Shown here: in pieces, positions 53,460-61,412 of the stretch
How the letters are laid out: each line of letters begins with the position of its first letter
Position numbering within the stretch: position 1 is the first letter of the stretch
Source of the DNA: a bacterium
GTDB taxonomy: Bacteria > Patescibacteriota > Minisyncoccia > Minisyncoccales > UBA10102
NCBI GenBank assembly: GCA_030647485.1
Contig: JAUSJT010000001.1
Span: forward strand, 12,947 to 76,946
Length of the DNA: 64,000 nucleotides
Direction of reading: 5' to 3'
Program-made: the position numbers and the translations under genes
Notes under the pieces: model-generated
What the model saw: only the letters and a program-made list of their open reading frames with translations
Told to the model about the DNA's origin: nothing
The model's database searches: none

Positions 53460-54437
53460 CTATTTGAGTTCGGGTTGGAAAAAGGAATTTAAGCGGATCA
53501 CGCGGGGAACAACCTGCGTGATTTGTTTTTCTTTCACCGTGACTTCGAGAAGCAACCCCCGCATGGTTTCTGGGGAGAATCCTTGGTCAAAGACAAGGTT
53601 TCCCAAACTCCAGGTAATCCAGCCGTTTTTGTATTGTTCAACGGGCTGAACCACGTGAGGATGGTGCCCTATAACAATATCGGCGCCAGCATCAATCGCG
53701 CTCTTTGCAATGAGTACTTGTGTCTTATTCGGCTGCGTTTGGTATTCTTCTCCAAAATGCACAGAAACAACAAGAATATCTGATTGTTGTTTCGCCGCTC
53801 GTATGCCTTCTTGAAATTTGGGAAGAGTTCCTTCGTCTACCCAAGCTATGCCAGGAGTGTTTTCTGTTGCTTGCCACAGGGGAGAACCAAGATTGGTATA
53901 CCCAAGAAACCCTATCTTTGTCCCCCTCACTTCTTTTATAACAGGAGAATAAACTCTTTCTTTATCTGCGCCTCCTCCAACATAAGCGATTTCTGCTTCT
54001 TTGAGGCGTGCCAGAGAGTCCAGAAATGCTTCTGGCCCATAATCTAAACTATGATTATTCGCAACAGAAACAACATCAAATCCAGCAAACATAAGCCCTT
54101 CAATTGCTTTGGGGTCTGCGCGGAAAGAGTATATGCTTCCAAGGTTTTGTCCTTTGTTGGAGATGACGCTTTCTAGATTTCCAAAAACAAGATCTGCTTT
54201 TTGCAAGGTGTCTGCAATGCGTAGGAACGGCCACCTCCAATCGTTATGTTGTCTGATGTAAAACTCTACGCCGCGGTCTAGCATAATGTCCCCCGCGAAT
54301 AACAAGGTTATTGCATCTCCCTCTGGGTCCAGAGGAACAAGGGACGCCTGAAATTTGCCGTGCCAGAACATAAGTGATCCCGCAAAAAGGATGCTGTATA
54401 CGGTTATTGCAGCAGTAAATAGGACGAGGCGTTCCAT
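53460..54437 (-). CDS. CapA-family (PGA_cap) metallophosphatase-like protein
   Basis: LLFAGDIMLDRGV, GNLESV, SVANNHSLDYG, HFGEEY, IIGHHPHVVQP. N-terminal TM helix. Confidence 0.85.
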   Translation of the reverse strand: MERLVLFTAAITVYSILFAGSLMFWHGKFQASLVPLDPEGDAITLLFAGDIMLDRGVEFYIRQHNDWRWPFLRIADTLQKADLVFGNLESVISNKGQNLGSIYSFRADPKAIEGLMFAGFDVVSVANNHSLDYGPEAFLDSLARLKEAEIAYVGGGADKERVYSPVIKEVRGTKIGFLGYTNLGSPLWQATENTPGIAWVDEGTLPKFQEGIRAAKQQSDILVVSVHFGEEYQTQPNKTQVLIAKSAIDAGADIVIGHHPHVVQPVEQYKNGWITWSLGNLVFDQGFSPETMRGLLLEVTVKEKQITQVVPRVIRLNSFFQPELK

Positions 54438-54464
54438 CGGCTTTAGCTTACGGAAATTCAGGAG

Positions 54465-54700
54465 AAAAGAAAAGGCCCCCTGCTTTCAGCAAGCGGGGGC
54501 TCCTTTGCGGGTTGAATGTGTGGATGTGTCATCTTCCCATGTGATGCGGAGAAGCAGACACCCTTTTCGGAAACAGCATGAGGCTACTTTGGCTCGATTC
54601 TGGCCGGATCGCCGCCCCACACGCGAAGCGTTTTATCTGGCTGACGATGGCGCGTTCTTCTGGTGTTGCTCGTCCCAAGTGGTCCTCCTCAAAAGATCAA
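54465..54700 (-). other. GC-rich intergenic island: candidate ncRNA/leader or a 49-aa ORF (54678-54529, TTG start after GAGGAGG) ending in an intrinsic terminator
   Basis: On the minus strand, GAGCCCCCGCTTGCTGAAAGCAGGGGGC followed by CTTTTCTTTTCT (about 54500-54462) sits just upstream of the capA ATG. The GC-rich body has several possible helices. No match to an RNA family that I could recognise. Confidence 0.3.
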
Positions 54701-54770
54701 ATTACTTTACCTTATTTTTTTCAAAGGAGATTGTCAAGCGGGCTTGCAGAAGATAGAATAAAGCATTGCT

Positions 54771-55172
54771 ATGATTGAGATAAAGAATCTAAGTGGAGGC
54801 CTGCAGTACGTGAACACCCTGAAAAAAATAGGGAAAACAATCCTGGGCAAAGAACGCAAGGGCCACCTTGACCTTTCTGTTGTGTTTCTTAAGGAACCTA
54901 AAATGCAAGAGCTCAATAGGGTGTATCGGGGCAAGGATAAACCAACGAATGTGCTGTCTTTTGCGCAAGAAGAGCTGGGTTTGGGAGAGCTTGTGTTGTG
55001 CCCGGCTGTCATTAGGAAAGATGCTAGAAAATATGGTATAACGTTTAAAGCGGAGTTAACTAGAATTTTTATCCATGGGCTTTTGCATCTTGTTGGGTAT
55101 GATCATGAGAAAGACGCAGATTTCAAAAAGATGTCTCAAAAAGAAGAGAAGTATCTTTCATTAGTTTCATGA
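54771..55172 (+). CDS. ybeY: rRNA maturation endoribonuclease YbeY
   Basis: HGLLHLVGYDHE zinc motif. Confidence 0.9.
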   Translation: MIEIKNLSGGLQYVNTLKKIGKTILGKERKGHLDLSVVFLKEPKMQELNRVYRGKDKPTNVLSFAQEELGLGELVLCPAVIRKDARKYGITFKAELTRIFIHGLLHLVGYDHEKDADFKKMSQKEEKYLSLVS

Positions 55173-55196
55173 CCCATTCGACTTCGCTCAGGGTCA
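55170..55196 (+). repeat. TTCGACTTCGCTCAGG element, intergenic copy (ybeY stop to ftsA)
   Basis: TGACCCATTCGACTTCGCTCAGGGTCA with terminal inverted repeat TGACCC/GGGTCA. Shares a 20-nt core with 39619-39643. Confidence 0.8.
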
Positions 55197-55215
55197 TGGT
55201 GAATATTACTGAACC

Positions 55216-56421
55216 ATGAAGCCACATACTATAGCGGCGCTAGACATTGGAACCCACTCTATCAAAATGATGGTTGCTAAAGTCCTTGAAGATTCAGGGG
55301 ACGTTGAGGTGTTGGGATTAGCCGAGCAGCGTTCAGCCGGAGTTAGAAAGGGGGCCGTTGTGAACCCCGAGGAAACCACCAAGCAGATTCTTTTTGTAAA
55401 GCAGAAAATAGAGCAGATGAGTGGTTCTCGCGTGAAAGAGGTTAGCGTCACCCTTGGAGGGAGTCATTTGTTTGTTGCCTCTTCGCACGGCATTGTTGCG
55501 GTTTCCCGGGCTGACGGCAACATTTCCCAGGAAGACGTAGATCGGGTATTGAGCGCGGCGCAAGCCTTTTCTTTGCGCTCCAACACTGAAATATTGGATA
55601 TATTCCCCCAGCAATTTATTGTAGACGGCGTAGCCGGAATCAAAGAGCCCATAGGCATGCGTGGTATACGTTTGGAAGCGGACGTTCTTGCCATATGTTG
55701 CTTTACCCCGTACCTCAAAAATCTCACCCAGGCGGTGCTTGCCGCAGACCTTGAAATAATAGATACCGTGCCCTCTCCCTTGGCAGCTGCCGCAACAGTA
55801 TTGACTCTGCAGGACAGGGAGTTGGGAGTTGCGCTTGTAGATATTGGAGCTGGAACCTGCGGCCTTGCCGTATATTCCGAAGGAGACCTTATCCATACTG
55901 CGGTGTTTCCCATTGGGTCAGACAATATTACCAACGACATTGCTATTGGGGTTAGGTGCGATCATGATGTAGCCGAGCTCATCAAAACCGAGTTTGGTTC
56001 TTGCATGGGATCTCGGGGAAAGAAAACGGAAAAAGTACAGAGGCCAGACGGGGAAACCGTGAGTTTTTCTATGTCATTTGTCACCCATATTATTGAAGCT
56101 CGGGTGAAAGAGATTCTGCAGCTCGTGAGCAAGGAACTCAAGAAGATAGGCAAACAGGGATTGCTTCCAGCAGGCCTTGTGTTTGTGGGAGGAGGGGCGA
56201 AGCTCCCTCGATTGGTGGATTTTGCAAAAAAGGAGCTTAAACTTCCTTCGCGCATGGGCGTTCCCCACGGAGTGCTCGTGTCTGAAGCAAAGCCAGAACT
56301 TCTTTCAGTCATGGGGTTGATCGTTTCCTCTGCGGATTCTGGAGGAGGAGCGCCTAGTGGTATATTTGCATCAGGATTTTGGAATAAAGTGAGAAGGGTG
56401 TTCAAAACATTCATTCCTTAG
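55216..56421 (+). CDS. ftsA: Cell division protein FtsA
   Basis: IAALDIGTHSIKMMVA and VDIGAGTCGLAVY are actin-fold phosphate motifs. Located upstream of ftsZ. Confidence 0.9.
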   Translation: MKPHTIAALDIGTHSIKMMVAKVLEDSGDVEVLGLAEQRSAGVRKGAVVNPEETTKQILFVKQKIEQMSGSRVKEVSVTLGGSHLFVASSHGIVAVSRADGNISQEDVDRVLSAAQAFSLRSNTEILDIFPQQFIVDGVAGIKEPIGMRGIRLEADVLAICCFTPYLKNLTQAVLAADLEIIDTVPSPLAAAATVLTLQDRELGVALVDIGAGTCGLAVYSEGDLIHTAVFPIGSDNITNDIAIGVRCDHDVAELIKTEFGSCMGSRGKKTEKVQRPDGETVSFSMSFVTHIIEARVKEILQLVSKELKKIGKQGLLPAGLVFVGGGAKLPRLVDFAKKELKLPSRMGVPHGVLVSEAKPELLSVMGLIVSSADSGGGAPSGIFASGFWNKVRRVFKTFIP

Positions 56422-56433
56422 TAGTATTGAAGT

Positions 56434-57369
56434 ATGAATTCCAAAACAGTCATTAAGGTTATAGGCATAGGGGGAGGGGGAGGAAACGCCATTGATCGCA
56501 TGGTGACCTGCAAGATAAAGGGTATTGAGCTTATTGCCGCCAACACCGACGCGCAGGATTTAAAGAAAATCAAGGCCCACAAGAAAATACGCATTGGGAA
56601 AGAAAGCACAAGAGGGCTGGGAGCTGGCATGAGCCCGGAGCTTGGAAGAAAGGCGGCCCTGGAAAGCAAGGAAGAATTGAGCCTCGCTCTCAAGGGAGCC
56701 GATATGGTATTTTTGGCCGCAGGACTTGGAGGGGGAACCGGAGGAGGAGCTATTCCCGTGATTGCAGACATTGCGCGCAGCCAGAAAGCCCTGACTGTTG
56801 CAGTGGTGACAAAGCCATTTTCTTTTGAGGGTGCCTGGAGAATGAGGCTGGCCGAGCGCGCGTTGCAAGAGCTTCAGGGAAAGGTAGATACGCTTTTAGT
56901 TATTTCTAACGACCAAATCGTAAAATCCACCAACGAAGAAACTTCTGTGCTTTCCGCGTTCTGGCAAGCAGACGAGATATTGCGCCAGGCAGTGCAGGGC
57001 ATAGCAGACCTTATTACGGTTCCTGGCATTATTAACGTGGATTTTGCAGACGTAAAGAACATCATGAAGTCAGCCGGGCAGGCGGTATTCGGGGTAGGAA
57101 AGGCAAAAGGGGAGAACCGTATTGAAAACGCGCTGAATGCAGCTTTGCATTCCCCTTTGCTAAATATGTCTATTAAAGGAGCTCACGGGGCGCTCTTCAA
57201 TATTGCAGGAGGAAACGACTTGAGTTTGTCTGAAGTGAATGAAGCCGCCCAGAAGATAAAAGAACAGTTGGATTCTTCTGCCGCCATTATCTTTGGAGCG
57301 GTGTATGACAGGAGCTTGAAGAAAGGCGAGGTTAAGATTACGGTTATCGCGACCGGGTTTGACAAGTAG
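56434..57369 (+). CDS. ftsZ: Cell division protein FtsZ (short, 311 aa, little C-terminal linker)
   Basis: IKVIGIGGGGGNAI and GLGGGTGGGAIPVIA tubulin signature. Confidence 0.95.
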   Translation: MNSKTVIKVIGIGGGGGNAIDRMVTCKIKGIELIAANTDAQDLKKIKAHKKIRIGKESTRGLGAGMSPELGRKAALESKEELSLALKGADMVFLAAGLGGGTGGGAIPVIADIARSQKALTVAVVTKPFSFEGAWRMRLAERALQELQGKVDTLLVISNDQIVKSTNEETSVLSAFWQADEILRQAVQGIADLITVPGIINVDFADVKNIMKSAGQAVFGVGKAKGENRIENALNAALHSPLLNMSIKGAHGALFNIAGGNDLSLSEVNEAAQKIKEQLDSSAAIIFGAVYDRSLKKGEVKITVIATGFDK

Positions 57370-57463
57370 GAGAAAATATAGTATATAGTTTCTTGAACGC
57401 GGTAAATCTTATGCCGTGTAGTACATTTTAGTCCGCCTTGAGCGGGAAAGGGAGGAACAGCTC

Positions 57464-57928
57464 ATGACGACTCATGAGATAGTCGTGCCCGTAGAAGATA
57501 AGTGGTTTGACCTTGAGATTGATAACGACAAGAATCCATTGGCTATTGTTCTTTCTGCTGGACACAGCGCCTATAACTGGGAGTATCTCGGGCCCGAGTT
57601 AAGGGGAAGACAGACGTACCAAGTGAAGCTTGTTCGTCTGGGCTATGTCTGCAATGTGGAGAGGGCGAGGCGAAAGGCCAATGCACTCGGCTACCGTCTC
57701 GTTGGGGGCCATGCGCGAGAGCCCTTTAAGGCCAAGTTCCCCAATAACGACAGAAAGGGTCCCGTGATCTTTGGCGCTTCTGAGTGGAAGGATTCGTACG
57801 ACGAAGTGGTCGTGGCCTCTCTTGATGGCTTCGAGGGCGGGTGGAACGAAAGCTTCAGCGTGTCTGGCGGTTACTTCGGCAAAGCCTGTCGTTGGTTAGT
57901 CGTCAGCAAGCAACTCTCAAACATTTGA
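57464..57928 (+). CDS. Hypothetical protein, GC-rich cassette. The C-terminus is weakly similar to the DGR target scaffold
   Basis: SD GGGAGG upstream. ...LDGFEGGWNESFSVSGGYFGKACRWLVVSK compared with ...YWLEGGWLVHAGPVSSPYRWSGEHRVFSRN. Confidence 0.6.
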   Translation: MTTHEIVVPVEDKWFDLEIDNDKNPLAIVLSAGHSAYNWEYLGPELRGRQTYQVKLVRLGYVCNVERARRKANALGYRLVGGHAREPFKAKFPNNDRKGPVIFGASEWKDSYDEVVVASLDGFEGGWNESFSVSGGYFGKACRWLVVSKQLSNI

Positions 57929-57969
57929 AAGCTTGAGAGTTCGGACTCCCAATACCTCGGCGCCTTTGA

Positions 57970-58013
57970 CCCTCGGCTTCGCATGTTTGCAAGCCGAGGG
58001 CGTTTTCTTTTTC
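57970..58013 (+). terminator. Rho-independent terminator
   Basis: 10-bp stem CCCTCGGCTT / AAGCCGAGGG followed by CGTTTTCTTTTTC. Confidence 0.8.
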
Positions 58014-58048
58014 AGCCCGGGAATATAAAATGAAAGTGGGATGTGATA

Positions 58049-58088
58049 TATACATCAAACCATTGCTGCAGCAACAAATTGATGTATA
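58049..58088 (+). promoter_or_regulatory. Hairpin/operator-like repeat, copy 1 (upstream of the PaaX-like gene)
   Basis: 10-bp stem TATACATCAA / TTGATGTATA. The loop contains the 12-bp palindrome TTGCTGCAGCAA. 23 nt are identical to copy 2. Confidence 0.5.
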
Positions 58089-58097
58089 CTAAAGACA

Positions 58098-58646
58098 ATG
58101 GCGCGAAAGGGGGAAATTATTAAGGATATTCTTTCATGGCTTGTAGTCGGGGGTATGGTTGCTATTGCTGCGACTTCACCTTATTTTTTGTATAATATTT
58201 TGCAATCGTTTTATAAAAGGAAGCAATACAATAAACAAAGCGTAGCAAATACCTTTTATCGCCTGCGCAAAGAAGGTTTAATTGTCTTTCGGGAACGCAA
58301 CAATCAACTTTACATTTCTCTCTCCGAGGGAGGAAAGACAAAAGCAGGGAAATTCCAGATTAACAGTTTGAATATTCAAAGACCGAAAAAATGGGATGGA
58401 AAATGGCGGATTATCATTTTTGATATCAGTGATCGTCATAAAGTTAAACGAGAAGCGCTTCGAGGATTTTTGAAACGACTTCAGTTTTACAAGCTTCAAG
58501 AAAGCGTATGGATTCATCCATTCGATTGCAGAGCAGAAACTGAACTTTTAAAGGATTTTTTTGGATTTACATCTAAAGAAATTCAACTGATTGTCGCCGA
58601 ACAAATAGAAAATCCGGATTTTTTGCGCACTAAATTCAAGATTTGA
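58098..58646 (+). CDS. PaaX-like (C-terminal domain) putative regulator with N-terminal hydrophobic helix
   Basis: WDGKWRIIIFDISDRHKVKREALRGFLKRLQFYKLQESVWIHP matches the PaaX_C pattern as I recall it. wHTH-like YRLRKEGLIV. Confidence 0.6.
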   Translation: MARKGEIIKDILSWLVVGGMVAIAATSPYFLYNILQSFYKRKQYNKQSVANTFYRLRKEGLIVFRERNNQLYISLSEGGKTKAGKFQINSLNIQRPKKWDGKWRIIIFDISDRHKVKREALRGFLKRLQFYKLQESVWIHPFDCRAETELLKDFFGFTSKEIQLIVAEQIENPDFLRTKFKI

Positions 58647-58649
58647 TTT

Positions 58650-58683
58650 ACATCAAACCATTGCTGCAGCATATTATTGATGT
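58650..58683 (+). promoter_or_regulatory. Hairpin/operator-like repeat, copy 2 (between the PaaX-like gene and comEC)
   Basis: Stem ACATCAA / TTGATGT. The loop ACCATTGCTGCAGCATATTA starts 4 nt after the stop codon. Confidence 0.5.
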
Positions 58684-58717
58684 GGGCTAGGGAGGGCATC
58701 AATGTTATACTAGACGC

Positions 58718-60055
58718 ATGAATTTTTCCTTGTCTCCCTCGCGCATTGTCTTGTTGTTTTGCCTGGCGTACATTGCCGGCGTTTTTGTTTTTTCTGTGGT
58801 TTGGGGGAAAGACGCGTCTAATGCATTTTTTGAAACATACGGCAAAGAAGCGGTGTTTGAGGGAAGGGTCGTGAAAGACCCCGATATTAAAGAAAAGAAT
58901 GTTCAGCTTGTGGTGCGCCCCCGGGGGGTAAAAGCAGAAAACGTGCTGGTGACCACAGAGCGTTTTTCAGAATACCAGTACGGTGATGTAGTGAGAATTG
59001 TAGGCATGTTAGATAAACCTCCTGTGTTTGATGATTTTGATTATGGCAAGTACCTTGAGGTAAAAGGAATCTATGCGTTGATGAGCTATCCTGAAATAGA
59101 GATTGTAGAAAGGGAAGAATATCCCAATATTCTTTCTCTTGTATACAGCAAGATTATAACCGTGAAACACAGGTTGAGAGAAGTTCTATTTCAACAACTT
59201 TCTCCTCCAGAAAGCATTATTCTGGGGGCTATGGTATTGGGGGATCAAAGCAGGTTAACGCAGGACATGAAAGATGCGCTTAATAAGACAGGGTTGCGCC
59301 ATATTATCGCAATTTCCGGGCAGCACGTGGTTATCTTAGTTGCTATGTTAATGTCCTTTCTTTTGGGAGTGGGGCTTTGGAGAAAGCAGGCGATACTGCT
59401 CTGTGCAATTCTTATTGCCGTATTCATCATTCTTTCTGGAGCAGAGGCGTCTGCAGTAAGGGCGGGAATTATGGGTAGCATATTGTTCCTGGGACAATAC
59501 ATGGGAAGATCACAGGATTCTTTGCGCCTTCTCGTGTTTGCCGCAACTCTTATGCTTGTGCAGAATCCACTGCTATTGCTGTATGATGTGGGGTTTCAGC
59601 TTTCTTGCCTTGCGGTTTTTGGCATTATTGTATCGTTTGGTTTCTTCAAGAAGGTTTTAGAGAAGGTTCCTGAAACATTTGGCATACGGGATATGGTGGC
59701 TATGAACTTTTCAGCCCAGGTATTTACGCTCCCCATTCTCATATACAACTTTGGGTATGTTTCCGTGGCAGGGATTTTGACAAATATTCTTGTGTTGCCT
59801 GTTATCCCCTTGCTTATTGGTTTGGGCTTCGTGTTTCTTATAGCAGGAGCAGTGGTTTCTTTCTTGGGAGTTATTCTCTCTTTTCCTGTGTTTTTTCTTC
59901 TTGCCTACTTTAATTTTATCATGGAGTTTTTTGGGAAACTTCCTTTCTCACAGCTTGTACTAGAGAATGTTTCTCCTGTGTGGCTTCTTGTCTTGTATGT
60001 TCCCTTGTTCTTTCTCTTGCGCAAGTTCAAGTCAGAGCAGGAATTTTTATTCTAA
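58718..60055 (+). CDS. comEC: ComEC/Rec2-family DNA internalisation channel (no metallo-beta-lactamase domain)
   Basis: 445 aa, multi-TM. GLRHIIAISGQHV competence-domain motif. Confidence 0.85.
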   Translation: MNFSLSPSRIVLLFCLAYIAGVFVFSVVWGKDASNAFFETYGKEAVFEGRVVKDPDIKEKNVQLVVRPRGVKAENVLVTTERFSEYQYGDVVRIVGMLDKPPVFDDFDYGKYLEVKGIYALMSYPEIEIVEREEYPNILSLVYSKIITVKHRLREVLFQQLSPPESIILGAMVLGDQSRLTQDMKDALNKTGLRHIIAISGQHVVILVAMLMSFLLGVGLWRKQAILLCAILIAVFIILSGAEASAVRAGIMGSILFLGQYMGRSQDSLRLLVFAATLMLVQNPLLLLYDVGFQLSCLAVFGIIVSFGFFKKVLEKVPETFGIRDMVAMNFSAQVFTLPILIYNFGYVSVAGILTNILVLPVIPLLIGLGFVFLIAGAVVSFLGVILSFPVFFLLAYFNFIMEFFGKLPFSQLVLENVSPVWLLVLYVPLFFLLRKFKSEQEFLF

Positions 60056-60086
60056 CCCAGAAATCATGGTATTATAATGTATACGT

Positions 60087-61412
60087 ATGGTAAGGAGAAC
60101 TCAAAAAGCGTGGGTGGTTGCGGTGGATATGGGATACGGGCACCAGAGGGCTGCTTCTGCCCTGCGGTCTTTTGCGTTCAAAAAGCGCATTGTGAATGTT
60201 GATTCGTACCCAGGTATTCCTGCGTTAGACAAGCTTCTTTGGAAGGAAATACGGACGCTCTATGAAATTGTATCGCGTTTTAAGAAGGTTCCTGTCATAG
60301 GAGACCTTGTGTTTTCGCTTTTTATTGACCAGTTCCAGGAAATCAAAGAGTTTTATCCCAAAACCCAGGGCATAGAGCCTCCCACGATGCAGTTGCGCCA
60401 GATATACCGATTGCTCCAAGAGAGAAACTGGGGCAAGCATTTTATATCTCTGCTGAATAAAAATCCCATACCCTTGGTCACTACGTTTTCTGTCATTGCG
60501 TTTATGGCAGAGCATTGGGGATACAAGGGACCTATTCTGCTTGTGGAGACAGATTCAGACGTGGCAAGGTCGTGGGCTCCTTTGCGCCCTGCAAAAAGTA
60601 AGATTGTGTATTGCGCCCCTACGGAACGGGTGGTAGAGCGCTTGAAATCCTATGGCGTGCCCTCGGCAAAGATATTTTTGACTGGATTTCCTTTGCCAGA
60701 ACGCTTGCTGGGCAAAGGATTACTAAAGGCAAAACAGAATCTTGGTTATCGCCTTTCCAGACTGGATCCAGAGCGCGCGTATCTTTCAAAGTATGCTGAT
60801 GTGGTGAAACGATATTTAGGAGCAGTTCCTCCTTTGCTCAAAAAGCCTGCCCCGTGCAGGCTGACCTTTGCGGTGGGAGGAGCCGGAGCTTATAAGGAAT
60901 TGGGGTCAGAAATTCTTGAAGGCATAGGTCCTCTGTTTGAACGCAAGGAATTTGAGCTTAATCTTGTTGCGGGAACGAGAAAGGAAGTAGCAGAATACTG
61001 GAAAAGAAATATAGAAGAGAGAGGTCTCACAAAGTTTTTGGGCAAAAGCATGCGTATCGTGTACGCCATGACCAAGCAGAAGGCATTTGAACAGTTTGAA
61101 GAAACGCTAGAGAAGACCGATATTCTCTGGACCAAGCCCTCGGAGCTTTCTTTCTACGCAGGCCTTGGCATTCCTATTCTCATAGCTCCTCCCATTGGAT
61201 CCCAGGAGGTTCAGAACAGAAAGTGGCTGCTGTATGTTGGCGCAGGGCTTGATCAGCTTTCTCCTGTTATATGCCATCAGTGGCTGGCCGATTTCGTGCG
61301 TAAGGGAATTTTTGCGGAAGCTGCCATGCAAGGATTCATTGAAATTGAGAAAGAAGGAGCCAAGAATATTGGTGCCATGATCGCGCAAGCGTTGAATAAT
61401 CATAAGCAATGA
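60087..61412 (+). CDS. Hypothetical protein, possibly GT-B-fold glycosyltransferase-like
   Basis: VVAVDMGYGHQRAASAL resembles the N-terminal G-x-GH motif of MGDG-synthase/UgtP-type enzymes. Weak assignment made by eye. Confidence 0.45.
   Translation: MVRRTQKAWVVAVDMGYGHQRAASALRSFAFKKRIVNVDSYPGIPALDKLLWKEIRTLYEIVSRFKKVPVIGDLVFSLFIDQFQEIKEFYPKTQGIEPPTMQLRQIYRLLQERNWGKHFISLLNKNPIPLVTTFSVIAFMAEHWGYKGPILLVETDSDVARSWAPLRPAKSKIVYCAPTERVVERLKSYGVPSAKIFLTGFPLPERLLGKGLLKAKQNLGYRLSRLDPERAYLSKYADVVKRYLGAVPPLLKKPAPCRLTFAVGGAGAYKELGSEILEGIGPLFERKEFELNLVAGTRKEVAEYWKRNIEERGLTKFLGKSMRIVYAMTKQKAFEQFEETLEKTDILWTKPSELSFYAGLGIPILIAPPIGSQEVQNRKWLLYVGAGLDQLSPVICHQWLADFVRKGIFAEAAMQGFIEIEKEGAKNIGAMIAQALNNHKQ

Noticed and set aside
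54465-54700. SRP (4.5S) RNA, RNase P RNA, 6S RNA or a fluoride/TPP riboswitch in the capA-ybeY spacer
   Set aside because: Only fragments resemble consensus elements (for example GCUGUUU...AGAUGAC, GGAGAAGCAGAC, GGCUGACGAUGG). The required GNAR tetraloop/AGCA symmetric loop, the GAGGAAAGUCC box and the riboswitch cores are not present in a consistent arrangement.
57830-57928. The 3' end of ORF 57464-57928 as a second, remote VR of the DGR
   Set aside because: Nucleotide similarity to the TR is short and includes several mismatches at non-adenine TR positions, so it cannot be a current homing target. It is kept only as a possible distant paralogue.
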